Virus record (IMG/VR): IMGVR_UViG_3300007523_000008
Location: 9,166-73,165 of that record
From: a virus
Direction: 5' to 3' (one strand)
Length of the DNA: 64,000 nucleotides
Part shown: positions 39,215 to 49,695 of the stretch, piece by piece
Position numbering within the stretch: the stretch's first letter is position 1
Layout of the letters: each line of letters opens with the position of its first letter
Program-made: the position numbers and the translations under genes
Notes under the pieces: model-generated
Databases searched by the model: none
What the model was told of the DNA's origin: nothing
The model's input: the letters and a program-made list of their open reading frames with translations, nothing else

Positions 39215-42200
39215 TTATACTACTTCTGTTATCACGACTGGCGGTGTATTATCAAACAATCCGCTTCCGGAGTGAACAGTAGTTTTTACAGTTTGTAGTC
39301 CCTTTTTAAAGGTTCCCGACACATTTCCACGATTGTCGAGGGTGACAATGGATTTACGGTCATTATTTACACGTTTGTATTTATAATGACTTCCGAAATA
39401 GCCATTTAGTGGGTACGAACCTTGTGGTACATTCTGTGTGGAAAGGGCGTAACGGTAAACGTACTCATTATCTTTGATATTAGAAAATAGAGATCCGCTT
39501 GTATTTCCAGATAGAGCGTTGAAAATAGATTGATTTTCTTTGAGTGAATAGAAACTACATGTCACTGCACCTAAAATAGTGCAAGAGGATATTCCGTCTG
39601 ATGATATGTTTGCTGATGGCCCTTCCATCGTTATCCCTAGGTTATTTATTATTTTACCCGTCGCTCCACTGCTCGATACAAGCGTGGTTCCATTAGTCGT
39701 AAAGGCTCCGTCGATTGTAGTGATACCGCTGACGGTTGTTATAGTTCCATCGAAAACTGCTTGGCCCGACGTTAATATAAAACCGGGGTATTCAGTCACT
39801 ATTGGAAATTGTGAAATATTAATCCGTTCAAATGTTTTTGTTATAGTTTGGAATTCACCACGGTTTGTTGTATAGGCTAGAGCCTCTGTCATGGCTGTAG
39901 CTGGGCGGTTCTTCCGTCTGACGGTGTACGTCTTTTGAACAGGAACAACCTCAACTCTCCAGTAATCGTCCTTGTAGTAGGATACTCCATTTTTTGCTAA
40001 TATGCTAAAACCGTATGGTTCCATCTTATCAGCGAAGAATGCACTTTCTGCATCTTCGTATACCGCGGTTCCATTCACATAACGGTCTATCGATTGAGTT
40101 AATTGTTGAATCAATGAACTCTGCAATTCTTTAGTGATGTAATTGATTCCGTCCTCTGGGATATTAATATTTTCTCTGGCAATTGGGCGTAATTGAATCT
40201 TCGGTCGCTCTAAAATAGACGGCTCAACCAATACTCCCGTCACAAGTTTTGCTCTGGCGGGAACCAAGTTCTTAATGTACTTGAACAACGACTTGTCGAA
40301 ATAAGCTCTAACCAAATTCATAAAAGTCTGATAGTCTATGTTACCGAAGCCTCTATCATAAAATACTTGACGGAATTTCTCAAATCGGCTGTAGTTTTTC
40401 TCATAAACATCCGAAGGTTTTCCTATTAGGTCGCCAAACTCAAAGTTTCCAAAGAATTTTATAATTTCTAAATTTAATTGTTCGGTTGGGGAAAAGAAGA
40501 TGCCCAATTTGTTTGCGTCAGTTGGAGAGTCATTGATTGAAGGTATCGTGGAACGTGTATCTGACGAGAGGTTAGAAGACAAAATTTGTTGTTTATAATT
40601 TATCTTATTACTTCTGAATTTGTTGGACCCGAAGTTAGGTAAATTCATCGTCTGCTGTGTCTCAAATTTCTTGAACTGATATGGATACGTTGAAGACGAA
40701 GTATAACTCTCACATTCCGTTGAATCTAAAGTAGCCACTCCATAAAAAGGAAAGTTTGACGCCGAAATATCAGATGATAGCTCTCTAAAAGCTGAGTTAC
40801 CAATTATTACATTCGACGATGTATCATACAAATCAATCGGTGTTGAGAATGTTATTCTGATTAGATTTTTGTCAACCATACTACTTGGACTTGTGTCGTC
40901 GTATGATCCCTTAAACGTAGAGTGATGGTTAAATCTATCAGTTGTGAGGAAACTTTCCCAAACTCTGATTTCGTCGATTGTCCCAAAGAAAGCTTCAGGG
41001 TCGATACTCAGCGAAGCAGTACTCTGTTCATAGTTTCCTAAATATAGATTTTGAGGAAGACGGAATGACGTGTTATAGCTACCACTTAAATAAATGCTTG
41101 AAGTAGCTTCAAAAGTTGTGCGAGAGTCTTCACTACGACGTATGAGGAGTTCGTAATTTTGAGGATAATTATCGCTCACGGATAAGGAGGCGGTCGAGGA
41201 AAGGTTAAAGTCAGCGTCAACACCGGAGTGTCTCAACATAAGAGAGTAAACATCACCATTGAAGAATGGGGCCCTATTTGTGACAGTCGTTAGTGTGTTG
41301 CTTCCAGTATCTTGAATTGTGAAAAACGCTTTTCCCCAATCAGTCCCACGCTCTTTTAAAATTCCGATGGCCCAGCTACCACTAGCATGTGCTAGTCGGA
41401 ATACCTGACCCTGTTGATTTACCTTATCGGTATCGAACGAGAAATTAAATTCTAAAGTTTGGGCTGAGCCGGTCCACGGCAAAGTGAAAAACTCCGAACT
41501 TCCGCTGAAGTGTGGTGAGTATCTCGTCTCATCAATTATATATCGGGAATTCTGGTCGAGGTTGGTGGTGTACTCTATTCCACCATACTCCTTTATCTGA
41601 ATTAGATTTCTAGGAATTCCATAACAGCTGATAAGCGAATTTATCGCGGCCTCAGTTCCCTTGCTCTTTAAAATGTGTGGAAGGTTGTTTAGGATCCTCT
41701 TCCAAATAAATTTATTTCTGTCATCCTCCGACATTATTCCAACCTTGTCGTATAATTCTGAGTCAACGTCAAAATCATTCTTGGAGAAGGATGCTAATAT
41801 TAGGGGTAGATTTTCTCTACCAATCTCAGGTTCCCATCCGAGAGAGGCCAGCATGTTATAAACAACATCTTTTGAAACGCCCTCAATTTCTGAGTTGGCG
41901 GAGTTATTTTTCTCTGTAAATTGAGTTATGAAAAGTGTAAGATTGTCAAAGTAGTGACCTACAAGATTTACAAATCGAACATACTCATAATTCTCAGGAG
42001 CCTCAGAGATAGCCGCCGGAAGATTGTTCTGGAGACTATCAGCGTTATTCATGTCATACATAGACCCGGAAGATAAACTGCCGCCGTAAATTTGCGTGTG
42101 TTCACTGTACCAGTTTGGGTTGTTGTACAGAAAGTTTTCATAACCGTCCATAGATGATTCGAGCGAATTCCATTCCACATCTAAATCGTCCCGTTGTTTC

Positions 42201-43789
42201 GAATAATACTCATCATTCGGATTGAGGATTAGTTTAGCATCTAAGTCAGCTATCTCTATTCTGATTTCTTCAACTCTATCCCTCTTATATCCAAACACGG
42301 CTAAACGTTCTGAGACCGATGAGAATTTTATAAAATTTTCAAAGTATCTGTAGTCTACATTGATTGGTGACTTGTCTTCGAGCTTGTATCGGAGCTTTGA
42401 ATATAACTCATCGTAAAGAGACCCAGATTCGCCGATAACTGTTTCTAATGAATGGTCTATAGTAGAGTTTCCTTCATTCTCTAATTTGATTCCAAAATTC
42501 GGTCCCTTAACTGGTATAGTGACAACGGGAGAATCTGTAAAGAAGTGAACAGATTGAAGGATAGTATTACTGACGGTTGTGTTAGTTATCCAGAAGTTGT
42601 CGCCGACCTTATATTTGTTAGGAAGAGCATCGCGGAGTTTTAATATTAACCTATCGTGAAGATAGTCATTGTCTGACGGAATAATTCCTGTATTTAGTAT
42701 CGGAAAAACGCTGCCGCCACCGAAATTAATGGAATTCTTTAAATAGCCTGAAAAGTACTTCTCATACTGGAATTGAGTAAAATCAGACTTTGGTAGGTAG
42801 ATGGTATCAAAGAAAATCTGCTTAAAGAAGTCAACCACACCGTCGTAGTTAGATGGACGACTGTTTGTAATTTGATTTAATTCTTGGTTGAGAATATACG
42901 CAAATAAGCTGTAATAGTAATTTGTAATTTCTGCAAATGTAGTCGTTGCAACATAATTCTCATACAAGAAATTTTTAAATTGGTCGAATAGACCGAAGAC
43001 GAGTCGCGTACTAACTGTACCGTTACTCTTTATTGATCCTTTTTGGACACCATAATACATGTCGGTGATAAAGTGTGTCACGTCTACACCGGTGCGAAAT
43101 GAATAGTTGTACTTTATGGAACTGTCCGTAACAGGGTTTTTCGTCGCAACTGCCAGATAGGTCTTATACAACTCAACTTTTTCTAATGAGTCTAAAAGAA
43201 CACTTGTAATTGAAGAAGGTTTTACCTTGGAGTGTGCAAACAATTCAAATTCATCATTCAATTTAATTTCAGAGACAACACTTGTGTTCCGTGGTGAATG
43301 TGGAATAACAGCAATCTCCTTACGGCTTGGAGAAATCTCATCGATTATTAACCTCAATTTTGAATCGGCAGATGAACCAACAACTTCTCTAACCGGAGTA
43401 ATACCAATTTTATAAAATCCTTCATTTATAGACAGGTCATTCAAACTCCCCTGAGTGTCGAATAAAACGCTTTGTGTTGGTTGCCCGACGATGACATACT
43501 CAGTATCATGTTCCTCATACGAATAAACTACAACTTTGTTGGTGACATCAACATACGACCGGGTTATAGAATTCACCAGAGTTCCATCGTGGATGAGAGA
43601 TGAGGTTATTTGTTTTCCTGACATATCGTATACCGAAAGTTCAAATAAATCTTTTTCCGTTGTACCGAATGGAAAGTTTATCACAGACCCGCTCTTCAAG
43701 TAGGCTAATTCGTCAGCCGTGTATAGATACGCGGTTGTCAGCGAAGCGGTTTCTAGCGAAGAGACGTACTTATAGTCCTGATAGCTCAT
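39215..43789 (-). CDS. Large baseplate/tail structural protein with LamG-like domain
   Basis: 1524 aa; EISPSRKEI, F.NF.KFSS..ERL, IWKRILNNLP.ILKSKGT..AI..LI.CYGIP (tail-protein-I-like), FFGTIDEIRVW (LamG), VPARA....GVLVEP.ILER. Confidence 0.7.
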   Translation of the reverse strand: MSYQDYKYVSSLETASLTTAYLYTADELAYLKSGSVINFPFGTTEKDLFELSVYDMSGKQITSSLIHDGTLVNSITRSYVDVTNKVVVYSYEEHDTEYVIVGQPTQSVLFDTQGSLNDLSINEGFYKIGITPVREVVGSSADSKLRLIIDEISPSRKEIAVIPHSPRNTSVVSEIKLNDEFELFAHSKVKPSSITSVLLDSLEKVELYKTYLAVATKNPVTDSSIKYNYSFRTGVDVTHFITDMYYGVQKGSIKSNGTVSTRLVFGLFDQFKNFLYENYVATTTFAEITNYYYSLFAYILNQELNQITNSRPSNYDGVVDFFKQIFFDTIYLPKSDFTQFQYEKYFSGYLKNSINFGGGSVFPILNTGIIPSDNDYLHDRLILKLRDALPNKYKVGDNFWITNTTVSNTILQSVHFFTDSPVVTIPVKGPNFGIKLENEGNSTIDHSLETVIGESGSLYDELYSKLRYKLEDKSPINVDYRYFENFIKFSSVSERLAVFGYKRDRVEEIRIEIADLDAKLILNPNDEYYSKQRDDLDVEWNSLESSMDGYENFLYNNPNWYSEHTQIYGGSLSSGSMYDMNNADSLQNNLPAAISEAPENYEYVRFVNLVGHYFDNLTLFITQFTEKNNSANSEIEGVSKDVVYNMLASLGWEPEIGRENLPLILASFSKNDFDVDSELYDKVGIMSEDDRNKFIWKRILNNLPHILKSKGTEAAINSLISCYGIPRNLIQIKEYGGIEYTTNLDQNSRYIIDETRYSPHFSGSSEFFTLPWTGSAQTLEFNFSFDTDKVNQQGQVFRLAHASGSWAIGILKERGTDWGKAFFTIQDTGSNTLTTVTNRAPFFNGDVYSLMLRHSGVDADFNLSSTASLSVSDNYPQNYELLIRRSEDSRTTFEATSSIYLSGSYNTSFRLPQNLYLGNYEQSTASLSIDPEAFFGTIDEIRVWESFLTTDRFNHHSTFKGSYDDTSPSSMVDKNLIRITFSTPIDLYDTSSNVIIGNSAFRELSSDISASNFPFYGVATLDSTECESYTSSSTYPYQFKKFETQQTMNLPNFGSNKFRSNKINYKQQILSSNLSSDTRSTIPSINDSPTDANKLGIFFSPTEQLNLEIIKFFGNFEFGDLIGKPSDVYEKNYSRFEKFRQVFYDRGFGNIDYQTFMNLVRAYFDKSLFKYIKNLVPARAKLVTGVLVEPSILERPKIQLRPIARENINIPEDGINYITKELQSSLIQQLTQSIDRYVNGTAVYEDAESAFFADKMEPYGFSILAKNGVSYYKDDYWRVEVVPVQKTYTVRRKNRPATAMTEALAYTTNRGEFQTITKTFERINISQFPIVTEYPGFILTSGQAVFDGTITTVSGITTIDGAFTTNGTTLVSSSGATGKIINNLGITMEGPSANISSDGISSCTILGAVTCSFYSLKENQSIFNALSGNTSGSLFSNIKDNEYVYRYALSTQNVPQGSYPLNGYFGSHYKYKRVNNDRKSIVTLDNRGNVSGTFKKGLQTVKTTVHSGSGLFDNTPPVVITEVV

Positions 43790-44016
43790 TGTGTAGGAAA
43801 TTCTCTTATGACCACATCGTACTTTTCTTCTACTTTATCGGAGTCAAAATTTATTGAAGAAAGTGGAATTGATATTGAAGTTTCTGAGATGTTGCCGCCG
43901 ACATAATTGATGAGTAGGTTGCCTGCCGAATCAAACTTCGATGGAACCTTACCTAATTTTATGAGTGTGTCTATACAATCACATGTGTATTTTGTGAGTA
44001 TGGAATTCTTTTTCAT
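43786..44016 (-). CDS. Small hypothetical protein
   Basis: 76-aa ORF overlapping both neighbours by 4 nt. Confidence 0.5.
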   Translation of the reverse strand: MKKNSILTKYTCDCIDTLIKLGKVPSKFDSAGNLLINYVGGNISETSISIPLSSINFDSDKVEEKYDVVIREFPTQ

Positions 44017-45965
44017 CGTGAAATCTTAAATGTAGTAGGACTGCTGAAAGTGTTTATAGAACCGCTGATTTCTGATCGGATTTCTACACGATAATATCTT
44101 TCTTGTGGGAGTCCTGTGGTGTCCAACATGAAATAGTTACCGTATCCATCTGAACTCAACTGCGTGTATGAATCAAATCCAACAATAATCTCCTCACTCT
44201 CAGAATCACGAATCGAGTAATAGCTTGAGTCTGGAAGCCGCATAGGCTCTGTATAATCTGATACGCGGTTGGTAAAAGTTTTAACCGGATATTGTGGGCG
44301 TCCTAGCACATTGATTCTAACGATTGCTCCGCTTTTGTATTCTTTGCTTGTGTGTGAAGATACAACCGACGGCTTGGATGTGTCAGCCAGAGTTAAGATA
44401 CCGTCGGAGCCCGTCGGAGATAGAGAAACATCAGACCACATCACATCTAAATGTGGTTGATAAATGGTGTTACTTTCTTTAGAGAAGAATCGGAGTTTTC
44501 CGTAATCATAGCTGCTCGATTCATCGCTGTGTAGAAGAATCATGCCATTGTTAGGTATCACACCATAAATCCACGCCATAACCATCCGGGTAACGTCCAT
44601 GTAGATGTCAGAGGATTCGTAGTTAAATGACTGTACGGCGCCGAAGCTTCCGGTTGTAAAGACGTAAGGGAAAGATAGTGTGCTAGGCACATCGGTCAAA
44701 ATAGCCAGTTCATATGAACCACTCGAACCGAATGTCGGAACCGCCGATGAAGAAATAATACCTCCACTATTATATAGCCATTCCCCGGCTGGATTGTTTG
44801 AAAGATTTACGATTGATGTTCCAACAATCGAAGTTGTTAGTACAGAACTTGAAACATAAGAACCTGAGGAGTATTTAGCGTAAATATCAGTTCCGCCAAC
44901 ATTTGTTAAAACGTGTGGGTCGAGTGTAACAATTAAGCTTCCTGTCACATAACCTAAGGTAGAGGCTGATATCGGCGTCGGATTGGACATATACCCATCG
45001 ATAAGTACATCGCCGAAAATTGCTGAAACTGATCCCGCTGAGTGATCATTTGGGACTATGGAACTAGAGACCGAATTTCCATCGATAGATAATTGAACCG
45101 AAATTGGCGTCGATGATGAATTTTCAGCCACGAGAGTTAGAGTTCTTGGAAATGAAGATCCACTTGGTGTATTGTAAGTGATACCACGCTCAATTGGAGT
45201 TGTTCCTGAGCCGGATAATGAGCTCACCAATATTCCTTCATCGTATAATTTCAAGGTAAAACTGGTCGGACTTACCGTGGGACCACTGTTCGTCGCTGTT
45301 AACGAAAAGAAAGTGGCCGTCGAACCAGAATATAATTTGGCTTCTAAGGACGCAGAGTTATTGTTATCGAGTATGGCTCCTTGTAATGCTATATATTTAA
45401 AACGTATTGGAGACGCCGGGTCAGTACAATTTGGAAATGGGTTGTATGGGTTCGGGCTTACAAACGGTGGTTCGGCGTAGCCTGAGCCGGAAGCCAATGA
45501 ACTGGACGAAATATGCCAAACCCCCCCACCGTCACAGTTTGTCGAATAGGACGAGCTGACGATTGGGTTATACCACTTAACGCTTCCACTATCACTGTAT
45601 TTCCAACTTGCTCCGTCTGCGGATGAAGCCCCATCGTACTTATACTGTGTTCCCATGTCCCAAGACTTTCCAACTGGGTATGCTGCTATATTGTACGACG
45701 TGGGAACTTGAGCGGATTCCGCTATCTTGAGAGCCAAATAGAATTGTGGGTCTGTAATATCGCCAGCGGAAAGTGAGCTGGAAATGTCGGTAAGATTAAA
45801 GTGTATTAATGTCCGTGATAGTACAGCGCCCTTTCCTCCCGAACAACTTGGGTTGCTAATTGTTTTTTCTACTTCGAGAATTTCATCCAAGCCCATGTTC
45901 TTTGCCAATAATGATGGGTGATTGGAGATAGTGGTGTCTTTTGTTGAATATAAAAAATAATGCAT
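44013..45965 (-). CDS. Structural protein (DNRLRE-like N- and C-terminal halves with Ser-rich insert)
   Basis: KDTTI...N.GLDEILE, SR.LI.F, W..G....DG..W, DVT..V..W.....NNG.IL, FFS.E.NTIY.P.L, LP..SYY.I.D...E....F..Y. Confidence 0.6.
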   Translation of the reverse strand: MHYFLYSTKDTTISNHPSLLAKNMGLDEILEVEKTISNPSCSGGKGAVLSRTLIHFNLTDISSSLSAGDITDPQFYLALKIAESAQVPTSYNIAAYPVGKSWDMGTQYKYDGASSADGASWKYSDSGSVKWYNPIVSSSYSTNCDGGGVWHISSSSLASGSGYAEPPFVSPNPYNPFPNCTDPASPIRFKYIALQGAILDNNNSASLEAKLYSGSTATFFSLTATNSGPTVSPTSFTLKLYDEGILVSSLSGSGTTPIERGITYNTPSGSSFPRTLTLVAENSSSTPISVQLSIDGNSVSSSIVPNDHSAGSVSAIFGDVLIDGYMSNPTPISASTLGYVTGSLIVTLDPHVLTNVGGTDIYAKYSSGSYVSSSVLTTSIVGTSIVNLSNNPAGEWLYNSGGIISSSAVPTFGSSGSYELAILTDVPSTLSFPYVFTTGSFGAVQSFNYESSDIYMDVTRMVMAWIYGVIPNNGMILLHSDESSSYDYGKLRFFSKESNTIYQPHLDVMWSDVSLSPTGSDGILTLADTSKPSVVSSHTSKEYKSGAIVRINVLGRPQYPVKTFTNRVSDYTEPMRLPDSSYYSIRDSESEEIIVGFDSYTQLSSDGYGNYFMLDTTGLPQERYYRVEIRSEISGSINTFSSPTTFKISR

Positions 45966-46036
45966 ATCGGTACAGTCAGTTTCCTACGCATAAATATAAT
46001 ATGGTGCGACTATTTCTCCGTTATATATACCGAAGA

Positions 46037-47926
46037 TTACAAACACTTGCCAACAATATCTTTTGTTGGAAATCTCACCTCAAAGACACATGGGTCTATT
46101 GAGGGATATACGACCTTATTGGCGGTAGCTTGTGTAATGTCATATTCATATGGCGAATAATCACCATCACGAGCGGTCAGATTCTTCAATTTTACGGAAG
46201 AAACACTCTGGACGCCATCCACTTTAGCAATTTCTAATTCTAACCGGCTTAAATTAATTGGTTGGCTGAACTGCATGTTATCGACAGCGAGATAGTTCTT
46301 AACAGTTTCTATACAGTTAGAAAGTACATCTCGCTTGTTATAATTCTTATAAGCTACGATTGAAAAATCAACTCCGATATTGATGATGAATCCGTCCAAT
46401 AGATTGATACTATCTGTCAACATACGATAACGGTTAAGATAATTACGAAGATTGTTCCTCAGCGCTGGACTTGTTCCGATGAGGCGGCCGTTGCTGTCGG
46501 ATGAAAGTAAATACAGATTGATAGCAAATGGATTATTTTCAGACGCGGTGGACGAATCCAAACTATTTTCTGTGGCAACGTGTGCCTTTGCGATAGAACC
46601 ATACTTTGGCGACATGGAATATGTTCTAACAACATAATCTTGTCCGGTAACCGCGCGATTTTGTGCGGAGAAGTTAGCCAAGGCGTTGTTTTTTATCTCA
46701 TCGTTGGTCTCAGCGCCCTTACCACCAACTGCCGGGGTTGGGTTATTTACTTTCAAGGAACTCCGTATTAAGTCAGTGACACGTTTATCGTTCACTCCAA
46801 GATCCGTGATGTCACCAAAATAATCTGCGCTCCCAACGTTTGTTATCGAATTAGCGTTGACATTACTCTGTGTTCCTCCACCGACAATGTATCTGATAGT
46901 TAAGGTTGTATTACTTGGAGCTTGACCGTATGCCTTGGATTTTAAAAAATTAGATGGGTCGTAAGACACGCTGTTATTTCTGAATACGCCAGCTTGGGAA
47001 AGAACCTTATTACTCGGTACGATCAGCTCATCATCCTCAGAATTTACTCCGGAGCCAAATTCTATAAATGTTGTGTTAGTATCTGAGACCCCGGTTACAA
47101 AACGTCTCGACGTTTTTAAAAATTTCATAATAAACGGAACAGTGTCGCGGTATTGATAAAATTCAGAATCGTTCTTATAAACATTTTCACTATCCACCGT
47201 CACTAAATCTTGAGCCAGATAATCTGTTTCATACCAACGGTTTCCGTCAGTGTCATATACATCCATCACCTCCACCACGTCGGTTTCCTCTAAGACAATT
47301 TTATAAAACGATGTTGGATTCCCAACTTCGAAAGTCTTTGTAATAATGTTTCCAGCAGACGCATCGACAGATTTCTTCAATACATAAAAATCGGGCTGAC
47401 CGCTAGCATTTCGTTGGAACACGGAAATCTCCAAAGGATTATTTTTCGTGTCCACGGTAAAGTCTACCGGATCATTTGTGACAAAATTCACTCCACTGTC
47501 ACTCACTGTAACCATGCCGGGTTTAATTATTTGAGCGTACTGTAGGTCTGGAGAATATGAACCATCATTATTAAGTTTAGAAGGGACAAGTTGATAAACA
47601 TCCAATGTGGTTATAGAGGGCGTGGTTGCCTTTATACGATATCCCAGATGCCTTGACAACAGTATAATGTTTTTACGTTCATCAGCAATGAGCAGTAGTG
47701 ATTCTTTAAACTGATAATCCGTGTAATAGGATAGGATGTCACCTACGTACGCTGACATTTCAATGAACATCATTCCCACCGATGCATCGCTGAAATCTTT
47801 GTAGGTCTCTGGGTAATAAACCTTAGCAAAATCCACTAGAGTTTGCTTCAATTGCCCGAAGTCTCGGCTGAGATACTTGATATCCTTTTTTCCTGGTTTA
47901 AAAGACTTTTGTGTATCTAAAATCAT
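46037..47926 (-). CDS. gp6: Baseplate wedge subunit, T4 gp6-like
   Basis: RDF..LK..L..FAK.YYP..Y.DF...SVG..FIE..AY.GD.L.YY.D, I.FG.G, GG...E...IK.NA...F..QNRAVT..DY. Confidence 0.88.
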   Translation of the reverse strand: MILDTQKSFKPGKKDIKYLSRDFGQLKQTLVDFAKVYYPETYKDFSDASVGMMFIEMSAYVGDILSYYTDYQFKESLLLIADERKNIILLSRHLGYRIKATTPSITTLDVYQLVPSKLNNDGSYSPDLQYAQIIKPGMVTVSDSGVNFVTNDPVDFTVDTKNNPLEISVFQRNASGQPDFYVLKKSVDASAGNIITKTFEVGNPTSFYKIVLEETDVVEVMDVYDTDGNRWYETDYLAQDLVTVDSENVYKNDSEFYQYRDTVPFIMKFLKTSRRFVTGVSDTNTTFIEFGSGVNSEDDELIVPSNKVLSQAGVFRNNSVSYDPSNFLKSKAYGQAPSNTTLTIRYIVGGGTQSNVNANSITNVGSADYFGDITDLGVNDKRVTDLIRSSLKVNNPTPAVGGKGAETNDEIKNNALANFSAQNRAVTGQDYVVRTYSMSPKYGSIAKAHVATENSLDSSTASENNPFAINLYLLSSDSNGRLIGTSPALRNNLRNYLNRYRMLTDSINLLDGFIINIGVDFSIVAYKNYNKRDVLSNCIETVKNYLAVDNMQFSQPINLSRLELEIAKVDGVQSVSSVKLKNLTARDGDYSPYEYDITQATANKVVYPSIDPCVFEVRFPTKDIVGKCL

Positions 47927-48330
47927 ACGGCTGGGTAATTGATGGAAATTTTTGTTGTCTGTAAATCAGTCACACCGAGGCTTTCAATTGTAAAATTGAT
48001 ACTGATATCTACTCTATAAATATCTCGGTTGGCCAAAGATGAATCAATTATTATATCATTCACTTCTATATATGGCATCCATTTTTGAATATCCCGTTTA
48101 ATGATACTTGTCAATATCGGGGTCAAGTCATCGTTGTTGAACTCAAATACAGCGTTGTATATATCTGAGCCAAATGAACTCATCCGCCTTTCACCTTTTT
48201 TTGTTCTGAAAAGGGTCATTAAATTAACATTTACTTGGTCAACGATGTCATATGTTTGCTCAAAGTAACCCGACTCTCCCCTTCTAATTGGGAGATTTAT
48301 TCCATATGGTTGTGTTAACGACAGTGGCAT
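47923..48330 (-). CDS. gp25: Baseplate wedge subunit, T4 gp25-like
   Basis: GI.LP....GYF......DQV..NL..L..T.KGER....FG..I...VFE. Confidence 0.85.
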   Translation of the reverse strand: MPLSLTQPYGINLPIRRGESGYFEQTYDIVDQVNVNLMTLFRTKKGERRMSSFGSDIYNAVFEFNNDDLTPILTSIIKRDIQKWMPYIEVNDIIIDSSLANRDIYRVDISINFTIESLGVTDLQTTKISINYPAV

Positions 48331-48333
48331 GGA

Positions 48334-48795
48334 TTATGGTCGGTAATTCCTCTTCGCTTTCTCATCAGCCGCCCTCAATACAGACCTATAATCTCTCGTC
48401 AGAGCTTTAGCAACTGCCGCCAAGTCTTTATTTTCATTCAAGGCCTCCCTCGATATATTAGTTGGGAATGTGGGTGGTACTGGTACATCCTCAGTCATCA
48501 TTTCTGCGCCAAAGTCAGGAACAGTAGTACCTAATTCTTGAGGAACTCCACCTGCGGTTTCATTTAAAATCTTGTTGAGTATTGGGTCGGTAGAATACTG
48601 CTTCAGTTCCTTCACCGGCTTCGCTTCGTACGGACTCCTAGCCGCGGCCGGGCGTCTTTTTTCCGTCAATGTCGGAATTTCACTACGGCCTTGCAGTGAC
48701 TCTAGTAACGCTTCGCGCACTAATTCTGGCCCGAGATTTTTCAGTTCACTTCTTACGATTTCTCGAATAATGTTTGATAGTTCTGTTTTGTTCAT
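48334..48795 (-). CDS. Hypothetical late protein
   Basis: MNKTELSNIIREIVRSEL leader, LN.ILNETA, ALTRDY; late motif plus SD upstream. Confidence 0.6.
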   Translation of the reverse strand: MNKTELSNIIREIVRSELKNLGPELVREALLESLQGRSEIPTLTEKRRPAAARSPYEAKPVKELKQYSTDPILNKILNETAGGVPQELGTTVPDFGAEMMTEDVPVPPTFPTNISREALNENKDLAAVAKALTRDYRSVLRAADEKAKRNYRP

Positions 48796-48840
48796 ATATA
48801 CGTCCTTCTATAAATATAATGTATGGTTGATTATTTTGTT

Positions 48841-49695
48841 TTATACGATATTGTCGGGCAACTTTGGTTTTGGTATCGAGACCTGTGGTATCGTTGGAAC
48901 CTTCACATTCGAAGTTATACCAACTACCTGCGATTTCACGTCACCAACAACATTTGTAACCTGTGATGTAGCATCAGAAACTTGTTGTTTTAAGTCAGAT
49001 GTAATGCTAGATATATCCGGTAATTTTGGTAATTTCGGTAGACTGGGGAGACTAGGAAATTTTGGTAACTTGGGTAAAGATGGTAAAGTTGGAAACGGTA
49101 TGGAAGGAATTTTCGGAATTTTAAATGGAATTACTGGTATTTTTATCAACGGAAATGCTAGAGCCGGAAAAGCGATTGAAGGGAGAGTAAACTTGGGGAT
49201 CTTAAAACTCTCCAATTTCTTCGTCACCGCGGATATAGCACTATCAAGTGGAGCTGTGGCGCCAGCAACAATTCCCTCAATACCTTTAGCGACGTTATCG
49301 ATTTTAGCGGAGGCTGAATCTGTCACACCTGTTAGCTTATCTGTTACTCCAGCAGTGGCGGCCGAGACCTTATCACCAACCGCTGATACCTTTGCTGTAG
49401 CAGTTGTTACCACGGTGGTGGCTGAGGTTGAGGCGGTTGTAACTTTGTCTGTTACTCCAGAAATATTTGCCGAGACATTGTTTGTGGCGGTTGTTGTCGT
49501 AGAGCTTACTTTCTTTGCAGCCGCTACCACTTCTTCACGCTTTTGATCGGCTGGTAGTAACCAGTCGTTTGACTTTGCTGCAGCAGCGGCCTTTTCCGCG
49601 TTAGTTTTTGTTTGGTCCGTCGTGGTCCACGCTGAAACAGCTGAATTTACTTTTAGTTCTGGCATATTACTTTCCATCCTTTCCCGGTGCCCCAC
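48841..49695 (-). CDS. Low-complexity Thr/Ala/Val- and Pro-Lys-rich protein (start may be MPELK near 49665)
   Basis: Amphipathic T/A/V repeats followed by LPSLPKLPKFPSLPSLPKLPKLP; follows the spike-like gene. Confidence 0.55.
   Translation of the reverse strand: MGHRERMESNMPELKVNSAVSAWTTTDQTKTNAEKAAAAAKSNDWLLPADQKREEVVAAAKKVSSTTTTATNNVSANISGVTDKVTTASTSATTVVTTATAKVSAVGDKVSAATAGVTDKLTGVTDSASAKIDNVAKGIEGIVAGATAPLDSAISAVTKKLESFKIPKFTLPSIAFPALAFPLIKIPVIPFKIPKIPSIPFPTLPSLPKLPKFPSLPSLPKLPKLPDISSITSDLKQQVSDATSQVTNVVGDVKSQVVGITSNVKVPTIPQVSIPKPKLPDNIV

Noticed and set aside
48572-49546. 324-aa plus-strand ORF
   Set aside because: Antisense to two coherent minus-strand genes; its sequence is the mirror of low-complexity codons.
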